Shown: piece by piece, positions 62,315 through 64,000 of the stretch | How the letters are laid out: each line of letters begins with the position of its first letter | How positions within the stretch are numbered: the stretch's first letter is position 1 | Origin: Octopus sinensis | Taxonomy: Eukaryota | Direction of reading: 5' to 3' | Assembly: GCF_006345805.1 (NCBI RefSeq) | Contig: NC_043002.1 | Coordinates: 115,692,001-115,756,000 of the forward strand | DNA: 64,000 bases | The notes under the pieces: model-generated | The model's database searches: none | Told to the model about the DNA's origin: nothing | Seen by the model: only the letters and a program-made list of their open reading frames with translations | Translations under genes and position numbers: made by a program

Positions 62315-62373
<59 letters not shown>

Positions 62374-63300
62374 AATTCACTAATGGGAAGAGCTTTCATT
62401 ACTCCTACAATATGTGGATTTACATATGCTTGTATACTGAGTTGAAAAGAAGTAACATTTTTAATGTTGAATTGTTCTGAGATTTCATAATGATAAAGTT
62501 TATATTGCAATGTCACACATCTTAATAGTTGTTTATTTAATAAGAAAGATTTTGAATTAATCCATCATCATCCTCATTTAACATTTATTTTCCATGCTGG
62601 CATGGATTGTAGGGTTTGACAGGAACTGGCAAGCCAGAAGACTGCACCTAGCTCTGTTGTCTGTTTTGGCATGGTTTCTACAGTTGGGTGCCCCTCCAAA
62701 TGCCAACTATTTTGCAGAGTGTACTGGGCGTTTTTTGCCAAATAACTGGAAAAACAAGACCCTCTCCACCCAGCAATCTGAGAATGGCATTGAGGGAGGT
62801 GGGTTTGTGTCAGATGATGAGAGGTTAGAGTATTGAAGAAGGACAGAAATAGGAGGAGAAACATATCTAGCTCAGCAGGAGCAAGAGAGGAAAGAGAGAG
62901 AGAGCAAAGATGGTGAACATGGAGGGTGGGGTAACACATCCCAGCCGAGCTGCAGTAATTTGTCTGGTTCCCAAAGCATCAAGTGCCAAAAATGAACTTT
63001 CTTATCTTCCATTTTCAAGGGTTACAGAATTAACACAGGTTATAGGAACATAAACCTTCTTCCACGAAAAGATAGCTTAAACTATGCTCTAAATGGAGGT
63101 GTAGTCAAATCCTATTTTATGGACTCAACCATGTTCTAAAATAAGTCGAAAGGTAAGCTACTATAAATCGGCAAGAACTTTCCGGACAACCCAATATATT
63201 GTTCAAAACAGTTTGATTCAGAATCTGATTCAGACCGTTTTGAACAATACATGTAACTCCCAATAAATATGTAGAGTGCTCTTCCTTTTGTTTGTCCACT

Positions 63301-63379
<79 letters not shown>

Positions 63380-63685
63380 CATGCACGTGCCGGTGGCACG
63401 TAAGAGAACCATCCGAACGTCGCCGTTGCCAGTGCCGCCACGAATGGCCTCCATGCCGGTGGCACGTAAAAAGCACCATCCGATTGTGGCCATTGCCAGC
63501 CTTATCTAACACGTAAAAAGCACCCACTACACTCACGGAGTGGTTGGCGTTAGGAAGGGCATCCAGCTGTAGAAACATTGCCAGATCAGACTGGACCTGG
63601 TGCAGCCTTCTGGCTTCTCAGACCCCAGTTAAACCATCCAACCCATGCTAGCATGGAAAGCGATGTTAAACGATGATGATGATGA
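63380..63685 (+). mobile_element. RTE LINE 3' tail starting at (TA)n
   Basis: Tail consensus ending cgatgttaaacgatgatgatgatg. Confidence 0.8.
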
Positions 63686-64000
63686 CACACACACACACAC
63701 ACACATACAATGGGCTTCTTTCAGTTTTCATCTACCAAATCCATTCAAAGGGTTATAGAAGACAAAGCAATTTTTAAAATATCTGATAATGCATTTCCCC
63801 CTCCCTACATTCAAATTTATCTTTTCAATCAAATTTAGCCTCTTTTAAGATGTAAGCTTCAAAATATGATTTGCTGTTTTCTTGCTGCTCAAATTTTCTT
63901 TCGCTGTTAGTATACGATATCTCTGTTAGTATACGATATCTCTTAATGATTATAACGTGATGTATTATTTATTTCTGTTCTGACATTTGTTTCCATCTCT

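Overview
AT-rich animal genomic DNA, dense in microsatellites and transposon relics. The SINE and RTE repeat families look to me like Octopus/coleoid cephalopod; that is recognition, not a search result. I find one protein-coding gene, only partly in the window, on the + strand. Nine phase-consistent exons (21480-61664, about 348 codons) encode a PH domain fused directly to a divergent actin-fold (Arp-like) domain with altered nucleotide-binding motifs and a shortened D-loop. The gene is open at both ends. Introns and the upstream region are filled with RTE, CR1/L2 and R4-like LINE relics, Tc1/mariner relics, three SINE families, a long-TIR DNA element and a 5'-truncated Neptune-type Penelope-like element (RT + GIY-YIG). 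The most striking non-coding signal is a set of long fold-back palindromes next to (TA)n tracts. Two of them (43686-43924 and 53252-53410) carry mirror-image type I hammerhead-ribozyme-like folds that share the 12-mer GAAACTCAGAGT, with stems I and II different in sequence but still paired. A third, decayed copy may lie at 40997-41249. Almost all ORFs in the supplied track are microsatellite or transposon artefacts. Repeat boundaries are approximate (read by eye); exon and palindrome coordinates were counted base by base.
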